A model generated the notes under the pieces. The model had not been told where the DNA came from. It worked only from the letters and a program-made list of their open reading frames with translations, and did no database searches. Shown in pieces: positions 40,351 to 52,399 of a stretch of DNA of 64,000 nt (its first letter is position 1; the number at the start of each line of letters is the position of its first letter). This DNA comes from Raillietiella orientalis (Eukaryota). The position numbers were made by a program, and so were the translations under genes. The stretch spans positions 62,001 to 126,000 of the forward strand of contig JAYWIR010000029.1 of the NCBI GenBank assembly GCA_036172245.1. Direction: 5' to 3'.

Positions 40351-43300
40351 CACGCTCCTCTAACTCTTCCAGTACTGAGGTAGGTGTGTGAGCTTAAGAG
40401 CTATGGAACTCGGGTGTTCGGCTCCGAATCTCCATCCACATTCGCATGCTGACATTGGACATTGACTTTGTTGGACATTTGTAAAATGGACGAGTTTTTG
40501 CACTGCCCTGTCTAATGGACGTGCGCGTTGTCTATGATCATTCGGGGTACTGTTCCCTGTTACGATTGGCTCCCTCTGTATGTAGGTGTGGGCGCGCATC
40601 TATGTTTAAAAGTTTTTCCGCATCATCAACGGTACTTTGGCGTTTATGGTTTCGCATTCACTCTTAAGTGACGATTCACGATGAAGAGAATGGCAGTTTC
40701 GCTGCCTGTTCAATGTGGCTCGAGAGGAAAAGCAGGGAGGATCCTTTCACCACGAAATCTGTCGTTCAGGAGGTGAACAGGAATTTTTATCTCTTAAGAG
40801 GCCCCCCCAAAAAGATTAGCGTCTGTCTTTAATTCTGTGAGCATTTCCAACAGGTTGGATTCACGGTCACTTTATTGTGACGAGAGGTCCTGTAATCATT
40901 ACGGCAAGTTCCTCAAGTTCAGAACCGAACAAAGGATCAGCGGATCTTCAAGTCTCTCCGGTCGCTTGTTTGTACCGCAGACTGGTAGATTCGGTCCGGT
41001 CAGCCGAGCATCGGATGGAAAATGGATCGGTGCGTCTGCGCAACGGTTACACGCCACCAGCTGCGGAAGATACCAGCAGCATCTCTATCGTTTTCACCGC
41101 GTTGTCGATTGGCAGCCACCGATCGCTTTTAAACGGCAGCGAGGCAAATCATTTTAGCAACGTAATAAGCATCGGCAACCCCGGCATGAACATACCGTTC
41201 CTCTAGGTGCTCTTCTTGCTCTCTCGGAAAGCTGGTCAGTGTACCAGTGCAAGCGTTACTCTTGCTGTAGACTCTCTGATATGAATGTTGTATGCATGGA
41301 TCCTCGCACCTTTCTTGTCAGCCGTTCGAGGAAAAGAGAAAAAAAATCGATCAAACAGCTTGCACGTTTGGGAGCACCGGGGTGTCTGCCTCTCCGTCCA
41401 AAGAGGCGTGCATAGAAATTGTGCACGAAGAGGTATATGGAGCAGAAGAAAAAAAGAAACCTCCCCTGAGAAGAAAGTCCTCTTAGTCATGTTCGCCCGA
41501 GTGACCTACGAAATTGAGATCCGGGCAGTGTCTAAGGGGCTAAGCCACTACGAGACAAACGTGCGGAACGTCTCCGTTTTCCTGACTTCAGCCAACCGCC
41601 TCTCCTTTCGTGGACAGCATCCGCGCTCCCTCATTCTGTAGGATGTGCAGTGCGAAATCGGGGCCGGCTTGAAAAGCAGTAGTGTGTTGGAAAGGGTAGT
41701 CGAAGAGAAGGTTAAAAGGAGATGAATTTGGAAGTTGCAAAGAGAGTCCTATCCACTGAATTCGACAGTTTTCGGGGCGGAACTGAAGCTACCAGATGGA
41801 CAACGTTTCGGGAAGCTGATCAAAATTTGTTGCTCTTGTCTAAATGTCACGATCACATCATAACTTGTAGCATGCATGCTTCTTGGGTCTTATCTTGAAG
41901 GAGAAGAGAAAGAAGAGACCACAGCAAGACACATTGGTTCGGCTGGCTAGCAGAACATTTCTCGTCAAAAATTTATTCATTTGTTTTTCGAGTTCTTAAA
42001 AAGACATGGCAGTCATGGGATTTAGGATCACATAGATATTCAGATCACGCTACAAGAGGAAGCACCTCTCAAACAGAAAAAGAAAAAAAAAAATTGCACT
42101 GCCTTCTTAAGACATTCGAGCTGGGCAGAATTTTACAACATTTGAACCTTCTTACCAATTTGGGCGCTCCAAAAGACATTTCTGTGATTTTTTGCGACAT
42201 TGATCAGGTCTTTCAGCGAGCAGGTGCCCTTAAGGAATTTACCTAAAAAATAAAGCATGAAAAAGAGGTGCACGGATGGAATGTCTGCTTTTCAAAAATG
42301 CAGGACAGCAAGTGAGTTTCCCCAAGAACTCAGACACTTTCTGGTTTGGAGGCTCTCCAACTCGAGGGGAATTCCTTCCATCCGTTCTTTGTAGAAGACA
42401 GCTTTTCCTATTTTTATTTTCCAGGCAGCAGCTAGAAAGTCAATTTCTTTATGGTCTTCTTCCCCTAGCACTTCTATCAGCATTGTTGCACTGCACCACA
42501 GTTCTAAAATCTAGACTAGGCATCGCTGTTCGAGCACTAATTTACGAGGTCGCAGAACCTTCTGGTAAACAGGGGACACTTTGAGGATTGGTTCCTGGGT
42601 TACAATAAGAGACGTTTTAAAAAAAAACATTGATGCTTTCACGGTCTTCATCTGTGATACTTCATCTTCATCTCCTTGATGATCAAGTTTTTTTTTTTTT
42701 ACACGACTTTCCAGGGCTCATTGGCAAGTTCCATGCATTCACCCAATTCTCATTTTGCTGCAAAGAATGCTCCCTGGATATCCAAAAATCTTCCGGTGAG
42801 GGATGAAAACGAAGATTAATTGGAATGCAACTGCTGTAGTCCGAAGATTTCGAAGAACAACTTTCCAAGGAATTTTGGGTCTTTGACTTGGTGTATCAGA
42901 ATGCAAAAAAAAGGGAGTCAAAAACCCGAGTTGAAGAAATTTACAGTGGCGTGAGCCAGTGGCGACCAGTGTGCGAGCAATAGGGAGACTTGAAGTGACT
43001 CTTAGTTGCTGTTAAATGGGCCTTAGAAAAACCACAGTCATCCAGTGCATCATTGAACCCTAATTGCCATTGGAAAAAAAAAAAAGGATCAAGTGAATTT
43101 TCTACAAGGAAGAGATCAGAAAGAAGGCGAAGGAAAACAAGCCGAGGATACTTAAAAGTCCACACACACTTCCATACAGACACAAATATACGGAATTCCT
43201 TATTGAAATGAGCTTTACATTGGCAAGCATCCAATGTACTGATCACGTATACAGTTCTTCCAACTTTGTATTGATGTTTTCGGAGTTCCAGGAAGGATTT

Positions 43301-46300
43301 CCACATCGTAATTGCTCTTTTGAACATCTCCTTCCCCTACTCCTTCATGTACCCTCGACGAATTCGAATTATTGGAAGTCTCGTGCCCGTGAAAGTCGAT
43401 GAAGATTACGCCTGTTCATAAAAAAAGTGAATTCTGATTGAATTATTCATTCAGTAATTCTAGGATGTTTCCCCTCGAAAATCCAAACTCAGTCTGATAT
43501 TCGTGTTCCTCAAAGTTGAGCGAGCATAGCTTAACTCTGTTTATCAACCTTTCTTTGACTTTCCTTTAGTTTTTCCCTTTTGGGGTGGGATGGGGTGAGG
43601 GGTAGTTTTCGCTGAATTACACAATTTTTTCAGAGGAGTGCGAGAGAGAAGGATATTGCTCTTTCTTGATTAGAGCGTATAATTGGAATGTGCTGTTTAT
43701 TAGCAAAAGTCCTTGCAAAATCACACGTTGAAATTGCTTAGATGGCTTTGTACTGTACATCACTCTCAATACAAACTACTTATGATAAAAGAAGGGCCTG
43801 GTGATGACAAAGATGGTAATGGCAAAGGCTAATTCCTTCGCAAGCATCGAGCCGTTCTTATCATTTTGTTTCATGAATCCTTCGTTTCGGAGCAGCTTGG
43901 CGTCTCTCTTCCTCCAAGACAGGAAAACGTGGGTTTTGCATCAGATTTTTCAGATCCAGGGAGATCAACCTCTATCGCTTTTCAATCGCTTGTAAGCTGG
44001 TAAAAAACTTTGTTTATCGGTGAAGTCCAGAATCTTCCTTTGGCGATTCTCTGAAGCGGACCTTTCACCACGAAAAAAAAAAGAAGAATAAGAAGGCAAT
44101 CATGCAATCCATTTAATTGCATGCAGGTGCTCTTTCTGAATGGTAAAGAAGGCAATTCGAGAAACAGCATAAGCTCAGTCTTTGTGGAGGGCATCGGGTC
44201 CAAATGCTTAGAGATTTCCAAATGATGCGAGACATATCGGTTAGAACGAAAGACTTCCTTACCTGAACCATGGAAGGATGCAGAGGAGCAGTTCAGGCGG
44301 TAAAACAAACTGATATCCTCGTCACGGGAACAAGATCTGCGGTACAGAGGCTCTCTACCCTCATAGCAGCTCTGTGTTGTTACCTATATCGTATGAAAAC
44401 ACATTTCCTGAGGCCAGAAACAATGGGACATTTCATCTTGGATTAGCTTGCTTTGAAAATCTGTGCACTGTTTTGTGCTTATCTTAGAACAACAGTGGTG
44501 GAACCCTTGATAAGAAAGCCCATTATCTAGCGGATGGCAAGCAGAACCTTCGCACCCAGAGGAAGCGATCATTTTTCTTCAGCTTGGTTCTCCATGTTTT
44601 TGCCATTCTTTTTCCCAGTTATTCATCTCATTGTAAGCAACTGAAGAATCATTTCTTGAACGGAAGAATCGTTTCTAACCAGATCCTCCGGAAATACACC
44701 GAAAGAAACGCACAAGTAAACATTTCGAAGGTTTCAGTTGCCAATGGCAGGCTCCTCTGGTAGAGGAGCACACGAGTGCTGAGAGCGTTTTTCGAAACTT
44801 TCTAGAAGAACAAAGGCCGACCTGTTACGAATAAATCAATCCTCGTTCTCCAAGTGATGAGCTGAGAAAATCAAGGAAAATATCCGAAAGACAGCATTAT
44901 CGTTCTAAATGAGGTTTGGTAGCCATGGATGCAGTTCATTGTGGAAACACGAGGACAGATTGGATGGTTGAGGGAAAAAACACAACCTGGACATAGCCGG
45001 TGCCTCTTGAATTCACTCGAATTACAAATCTCGTGGGGCAGAAGGGATTTTGAATAGGTAGAAGGTCCGCGAGATTTCGGATTTGTGCGAAATGGATGCG
45101 CGCGACATGCTTCCACGCTCATGAACTGCCATATGGGAACATCCTCGGTGGTTCAAAGCAAACAAGAGATGTAGTCCAGATGACGAAGCACACGTAAGCC
45201 TTTGAAGAAGTTCTGGCAAGTAGGGTATCGCGACGTCTCTGGCCCCCTCCCGTTCCTTTTTTAAAAACACGCATTTCAGTCTGTAGTTTTCATCCAACGA
45301 ACTCGAGACGCATCGTTCCAGACTGAGCATCCTAAAACAACCCTTATATCTTTGATGACTTGACTGGAGTCACCCGTTTTGATAGATGATTAAAGATCCG
45401 GGAGAAACAAATACTCTTGATTCCGTACTCTTGGCGTTATCGAGACGAAAAGAGTAGTCGAAGACCTTTTAACTATCCTTTCCGAAAAGACACCAACAAA
45501 AAAAATCCATCAACTACTTGAAAGTTTTCCGTACGATACGGAATCTTCTCAGTGTAAATTATCTTTCAACCGTGGCTAGGACTTCCCTCTTTCGGTGTTG
45601 TCTTTCCACGGAAGACTTCCGTCTCCTTGAAAATCGGGGAAAACTCTGATATTGAAGAGAAAAAAGCAAAAACATCCAACTTTCCTGTGATGAGTACAAC
45701 GGATCTCTCCTTAAGCTCGAGAATCCTTCTCGCTTTTAAAGCTCTCAAGATATAATCTATTCCTACCTCAGCTGTTCGGATATAAAACTTATTCATGCAA
45801 CCAAGATGCAATCTGTAAGACCGCTCATTGAAGAAAACTGGTGTTTTTCTAGTAAAATATGCTGGGATGTGGTGTATTGAGAATGAAGAGCCGTACAGTT
45901 GGAGCGACCTGTCTGGAATTACAGAAGGTCCGTTTTCCCCTCCACTGCATCCAGAATCCCCATACCTTGATAAAAATAATGTTTCATGATGATCTTCAGA
46001 GTCTTTCGATATCCGTCGCTGCTTTTCTGGACTAGGGACACACGTTCAGAAGAAATGCATTTTCCTGTAGGTGTAGGGATTGTCGATGTGAAAACGAGTT
46101 CACAGCATCTGGATCCATTCATCACCTCGATTTGAGGCACCCAACATTTCACTATGATCTCATCGCACCTGATTGGCATAAAGAACAAAGCAGTATTTCA
46201 CATTACCCTCCTTCTTGAGGGAATCGGAACCTTTTTTTTTCGCTCACCATGAAAACGAAAGCATCACGTGCCTGATGACGAAAGAAAGCTGATGTCCCTT

Positions 46301-46499
46301 CCCGGTCAATAAGGCTAAAATATTCTTCGGAAAGCAATGAGCAAAACGAACGAACAAAAAAAGGACCGCAAGATTTGCGACTCTTCCAGGAGTTTTCCGC
46401 TGTATTTGTCTTTCCGATGTTTGTGTTCTTGCTCGAAACCTCCGCTTTTCTTCCGTCTCTCTACATCTGCCTCTAGGTAGCATGGGAAAACTTTTTAAC

Positions 46500-47878
46500 A
46501 TTTCTGATGTTCCGATAGACCAACATAGAATCTGTGTTCTAGTTCATTCTAGTAAGCTCTTTGACTTCAAGGTCCTTTGTCCCGAAAAATGCAGGATAGG
46601 CACTTTCCAGACTTCCAGTCTCTCGATCTTCTACATTTCATGTTTGTTTTGATCTTTTGGGATTTCCGTTGCTTTCCATCGCTTGGATTGTGCGAGCTTT
46701 GCGAAATCAGAAAATCACATATCGTATAAAACCAAACTTCTTCTTGAGTCTTCAAGGGATGTAGGAAAACTTCATCTCCTTCAGTAGCAGCAAAGTACGG
46801 GCAGTATCATTCTTGAAGTCTCCTGGAAGACTTCACGAAAGTCTCCTAGCCCTGGTAATCTAAGAAGTCTAAGGATTCGAAAGATAAAACTGCTTATTCT
46901 AAGAAGTGGATCCTTGCTTCTCAATTCCATCGTTGCTTCCGATGCCGTCATCAACTACCTTGCACATTCCTTGATGCACAAGCTTCCATAATCCTTCGCT
47001 GCATCTGCGTTGTGGTGAGATGAAACCCACCGTTTTTTCTCTCTCAGGTCTCCATTTAAGAGGAATTGGGGATCTGCATCAACGCTTTGGATGGAACACG
47101 ATTCTAACATTCATTCTGAGGCAAACGATATAAAATGGCCGCTTTTGTTAGTTAGAACGGAGAATTATTATCCACCTTCCTCTCATTTACTCCAGCCCCA
47201 CCTTATTCGCCTCATTGGTGAAGTATTCAGATTCTAAATAATCGGACTTACTATACAAAGTGCTCTTCCAATTAATTGAGAATCGGATAGGACGAGGACT
47301 TATGTCGATCCCCATGAGCGGTCTGCTGTGCTTCCCGCCATCGCGGAAGGAGGCCCTGAATCTGTCGGATGGCAATTAGTCTTCCGAGGCGGCCAGGAAG
47401 GACTGTTCTTCCTGCCGACCAAGCTGCCGACCATGGTCGACGTCCAGAAGTCCTTCGCGTCCCCAAGCATCCCCAACGCCCACATAAGGATAACGAGCCG
47501 AGGAGACTAAGACTTTGGGATCAGGGTTCTGTTTGCTGAAACACCGTAGTGACGCCCGAGGTGTTCCGATGGGAGTTTCCCCAGCCGAATTCGTTCTTGG
47601 ACTCCGGGAGCAGGACTCTTCCCTACCTCTTCCACGTTGCTCCTTTCCCCGGTGGATGGCTGCCCGCAGGCGAAAGACGGGAAGGCAAAGGATGGTAGTT
47701 CCCTTGACAAGCTTAATCCAGAGACAAACGCTCCCTCCACTCCCCTTTACTCCCGCATGCTGACGTGTCCGGCCGGGCATGGGCAGGAAGGACTGGAAGA
47801 CGAGGTTCCCGGTCACGGGTCGCTCCATAAAACATCCTTTGTGGCTCAAAGCATAAAATAAAATAAAATAAAAATAAA
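46500..47878 (+). mobile_element. 3' portion of a decayed L1/Tx1-like LINE with an A-rich tail, antisense in DEG/ENaC intron 2
   Basis: 'KPTVFSLSG' (~47025) resembles the 19059/26122 repeat. GC-rich coding-like 3' part ends abruptly in (TAAAA)n at 47853..47878. Confidence 0.6.
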
Positions 47879-50800
47879 CTGAGTACTCCCCGCTGGAGCG
47901 TTAATGCATGTAATCAGAAATGTAGCTGCAAACAATTTTGGCTTCCAATTCCCGAACGGAGGCACTCTTGGGGGCGCTAGCTAAGATTTGTACATCTTCA
48001 CCTATAAGTTGAAGTTTTTTGATCTCCCATTGATATTTGGTTGATTTCATGCAAGCGCTGTTCTTCCTGATCCCTGCAAATACTCTTTCAGCTCAATCGT
48101 CAGTTGTCCAGCATATGAGTCCAGTTAATTGGATTCATATGCATCCAAGATAGAGGGTTCATTGAGTGAGTTCCTCCTGTTGCAACAGTAGTCTTCCCAT
48201 CCTCTTGTATGGTCTGACATGCCAGACCTAATTATGTATATTCAGTTGATGCAAAACGAACAGATTCGGGGGAGTTTTCTTTCTTCAAGCACTCCCCGTT
48301 ACGCTCAGATGGAAATGCAAGATAAGGATTTGGTGAAGCCGCTTGTGTTTTGTCTAAAGCACCAATTCTATCTCATATGGATCTGAACTTTGGGAAATAC
48401 GAAACTCAGGAGCTTATCTAGCAACTCTCATCCTTTACTTCCTCTTTGACCTTTCAGAAACTAAAGATCTCCAGCCCCCCTTTCCACCACTTTCGTGTTA
48501 TCTGTAAATTCTGTCTCACTGTTTTGCAAATGAGTTTCTCCGACTTCTCTCTTGATCCTTTCTATGACTCATGTCGGAAAAAATGGCTTTGCCCTCTTGC
48601 GGAAGATTGTTAGCTCTTATTAGATTCTCTCTAGCGGATCATTTGGCAGTGAATTTGGAAATTCACTTGCTAAATGATTAGAAATTCAGAAAAGAAACTG
48701 TCTCACCTCAGACGCAAATAATCGTAGAGCACTTCTCCCGACATTCCAAAGAACGAATCCATCTCTTCGTGGAATTGTAGCAATTTTTTTATTGACGTTT
48801 CGTTGTTGAGAAAGGATCTCTTGAGTTTCAGAATCATTGCCGGTGCAATAAGGTAGGACATCTCCATCTGTGTAAAATTCCTCCCTAAAGCGACTCAGTT
48901 TCACTCTTGTGTCAAGAGATCAACACCCCTCCCCCCTGTTTTAGACCCTTTTTCTCTGTTTCACAAGACGGATGTTTTCAAAAGTGACTTTAGTGGGAGG
49001 AAATGTGTCTTGCACGTTCATTAGGACTTGGAGGAGTTTTTTCAACAGACTCGGAATTTTTAAAATTGATTACTGTCTGTCTCTTAGAATCATTGCTGGG
49101 AAGTTATCTAGATTAGCCGATGAGTTTACTTTGGAATACTGTAAAAAAGCAGAGCATAAATGCTTAAAGTGGCTGGAGAGACACTCGGAATGGGATCACG
49201 CAAAGGAGAGAGCTTGAAATTGTTTCGTTTCCATCTCTCGTTCCAGAGACTGAAAAGTTTCCCCATTTCCACGCCTTCCTCCCATTTCCCTCCTAGAATG
49301 CAGCTGCTAGCGAAAAGCTTAGCAAAAATTAAATCATAAATCATTCAAGAAAGTTCCAACAGAAATCGAGCTAGGCACGAAGTGAACGTGGACCTTCAGA
49401 GGGCTCATAAATGAGTGCGAAGCGCCCACAGCATTCCAGTTGCACCTTGCTGGGGACATCGCGTGGGAGACCGAGCCCACACAAGCCCTTGTCCAAACAA
49501 AAATACAAAAAATTAATTGATGTGAAAGTGAAAACGCTCGAGTAGTAATACTAACTCGATGAAAGGAAGAAAGTCCCCTTCTTACCCATTTTCTTTTCTA
49601 GATTGGACAACCGTTCCAAACTGAGTGGTTTCAGCGAGCACAGAGTTATGTCTGGCAAGAGAACATCTTGCTTAAAATGGGCCAACTGCAAGTCGTAGGC
49701 TCGATTCGTTGATTTTTCTATAATCGTAAAGCACATCCTTGTAGAGGCAAAAAGTAAAAGTGCGGTGGATAATGCGATCCATAACCACTTGGTAGTGTGG
49801 CGCTCTCTTTTGGATTTCACATGACTAAGCCCGTGAAGATAGTTTATTAGCATCGACTCTCGAAGAATCCTTTGCATATCCATTTTGCTTTGCATTCAGA
49901 CGTGAGAATATTTAGTAAAGCCTTTTATTCTGGAGATCTTAGAGAAAAGAAATCAAGAAAAAATGCATTGGGAGTATAAGTCAAATTACTAATCATTGGT
50001 GAGGTTGCAACCTTGTCGTTAAGCTGCAGTCTTTCATGTCCAGAACTTACTTAATTCTATTTTATTGCCACAAAACGCTTTCGACGGCTAGATTTCATCT
50101 GCACTACCATCAAGCAAAATCAAACTCTCATCGACATACTTGATGGATGTCAGGCACTCTTTTTATAAATCTATGGATTGGAATTCAACGAGAATCTTCG
50201 TCATTCATTGGATTCGAACGGAGGCAGCAAGATTTGGAAAGATTAAAAGCAACGCACAAAATATATTCATAAAAGCCACTTTTTCTATGTTATCTGAAAC
50301 TATAAGTATGTATTTCACTTGACGTGTAAAATTATAAAACACATTTAAAGTACGAAATTCACTATTCATCAACTAATTGCACATTAATAAATCCAGAATT
50401 CGTTTGCAATGCTCAGAGTTCAATTTAAAAACAGAGCACCTTAGCTTTATTCTAATATAAGCTGCACATGCAATATGCATTATACATTATGTTACATGAG
50501 TTAATAAATTTGTATCCATTTGCTTACGTAACTTAGGCATTCCAAAATATACATATTCGTTTAGAGCGCACATGAATGAATTTCACTAGGTTGGTTCAGC
50601 TTAAAAATTATCGTTTGCCCCGGAAATCTTTCGAAAGTATCACAGAAAATGCTCACATTCACATTCGAAACCTGCATGTGGAAAAGCAAGGAGCTCCAAA
50701 TAGCATCAAGCAACTTAAACTGCTTCCGTCCTCAGGCGTTTCTTCGACATGCTCCTCTTCCTCAGACATGAGATGAAATGAGTTATTGCAAAATTTCACC

Positions 50801-52399
50801 AATTATATGAGCTTTAAAGGCATAAAACTTTCATGTAATGCATCGGCAAAAAAATTCGAGAGAGAAGAAACGATCAAAACTCGATAAACAGACCTCGGAT
50901 GGTTAATGTTTAATTCGTTTTCTGGGAGATGATCAGTTGGCTTTGTATAGTAATCCTTCACGAAATGTGATGAATCACACAGGATTTTAAAGCTGCCTGC
51001 ATTTTCTAAGCCTTCGTGCAATCGAGTCGTAACGGCTGTTAGCATAATTTGTTAGAATATCATATAAAGTTCAAATTCATTCTAATTTTGCCTTCCTCCA
51101 AAACGCTGTATTCATAATCCTCCTTAAAATTTCATCAGCTTCAATGACACTCACAGGTCTTTGAAAACTTCATTTCTCTTGTCGCGAGCACGGCAGCAAG
51201 AAACCGTCATCAAAAGGGTCCTACCCCTTCCCGAACCCCCCAAACTGTATTTATTTTTATTTTTTGTTTTCTTTTCGTTTCCCCCCTGCCCTCTGCCGCC
51301 GTGGTGGACCGCGCCGGTATGCTTAACGGCGACCCCGCAGGTCTCTTTGAAATTGGGCGTGGTTGGTCCAACCATGATTTCATCTGTAATAAGTTTGTTT
51401 TGAAAATAAACGCCCCGGAGCGGCTGGATGGAAATCAAAAGGGTCCTATATGAAAATTCTAATCGTCTTCCTGGCCTCCAAGGAAGAAACTATCGCTACC
51501 ACTGCTATCTTTAGCATATAAGGAATCAGTAAGCTGCAGTTGTTTACCTTCCATCATCCTGAATTTCTCTAAAGTGAGCTCCCAGTCTACTAAGCAAGAT
51601 AACAGAAGATAACAGATAATGTATGAGTCGTCGGAGGTGATTCGCAAGGGCTGGAATTTGCTTTCGTCTTTTCGGGAACTAAGGAAGTTCATCACTACTG
51701 CGTACCACACCCATATATCACTCGTATTCGATGAGAAGTATTACAGGTTTTGGACAGCGATATGCATAGTCAAGTTAGATATTCCACTCTAACGAACTGG
51801 AAACCATTCAAAGTTGCTTGTGTGTAAGGACTGTGGAAATAGTGGTGTGTAGAGAGAACGAATAGAAGTGCCAGAGGTTAATACCTCTGATACATATTTT
51901 CCTCATTCACAACACACCTGTGTGTAGTGTGGCGGAGGATCACGATTGCTATTCATAATTTCAAAGATATTTCAAAGATAGCCTTCTTCTGAATGGTATC
52001 AAACGCAGGACGTATCTGATTTTTGAAAATCACTTCGCTCGCACAGTAAGCGATATCAAAGCTACACCGCAAGCTGATGTATAAGAACTACTTGCATCAC
52101 ACATGCGTCCATCCGAACTGACCCATACGGTGTTTGCATTGCGAGACTCAAATGCGATCAGTCCAGATTTTCCACTGGGGTGATTTTCCCCTCTTTCAAC
52201 ACAGATCCGAATCAAAGACGTGCACTTAACACCCATGGCTGAGTTAGGAGATGGAATGCGCCTTACGCTTCATTCACGCATCATGTACATCATGCATGAC
52301 TCGCGGACTCCTCGCACACATCAACATCGACCCAATTCTCAAGCGAATTCGGTATCGGGTTTGATAGAGAGGTACGATGTTCAGCATTTTCTTGCAAAC

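Larger units (their letters stand above)
38922..49895 (-). pseudogene. DEG/ENaC (pickpocket-like) amiloride-sensitive channel gene, probably pseudogenised
   Basis: Phase-consistent exons: 49895-49586 (HG motif 'YLHGL', TM1, 'LPDITLCSLKP'), 48884-48707, 46168-45966 ('CDEIIVKCW...CCELVF...TPTGKC'), 45912-45767, 45465-45374, 45331-45271, 45212-44987, 44640-44263. Less certain exons lie between 44000 and 41460 (e.g. 42242-42156). Terminal exon 39078-38922 has TM2 'DEVGGNLGFAIGASIPTLIKIVFFIF'. In-frame TGA at 45155 and 44581, TAG at 44386. Confidence 0.85.

Noticed and set aside
44579..45155. Selenocysteine or alternative genetic code explanation for the TGA codons
   Set aside because: TAG stops and a probable frameshift co-occur, no SECIS is visible, and neighbouring genes terminate at TGA.
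46270..46300. Minimal hammerhead-like core CTGATGA-CGAAA-GAAA
   Set aside because: Stems I and III cannot be paired correctly around an NUH site.
50803..52236. Scattered minus-strand exon-like segments upstream of the DEG/ENaC gene
   Set aside because: Could not be joined into a consistent frame or assigned to a family.
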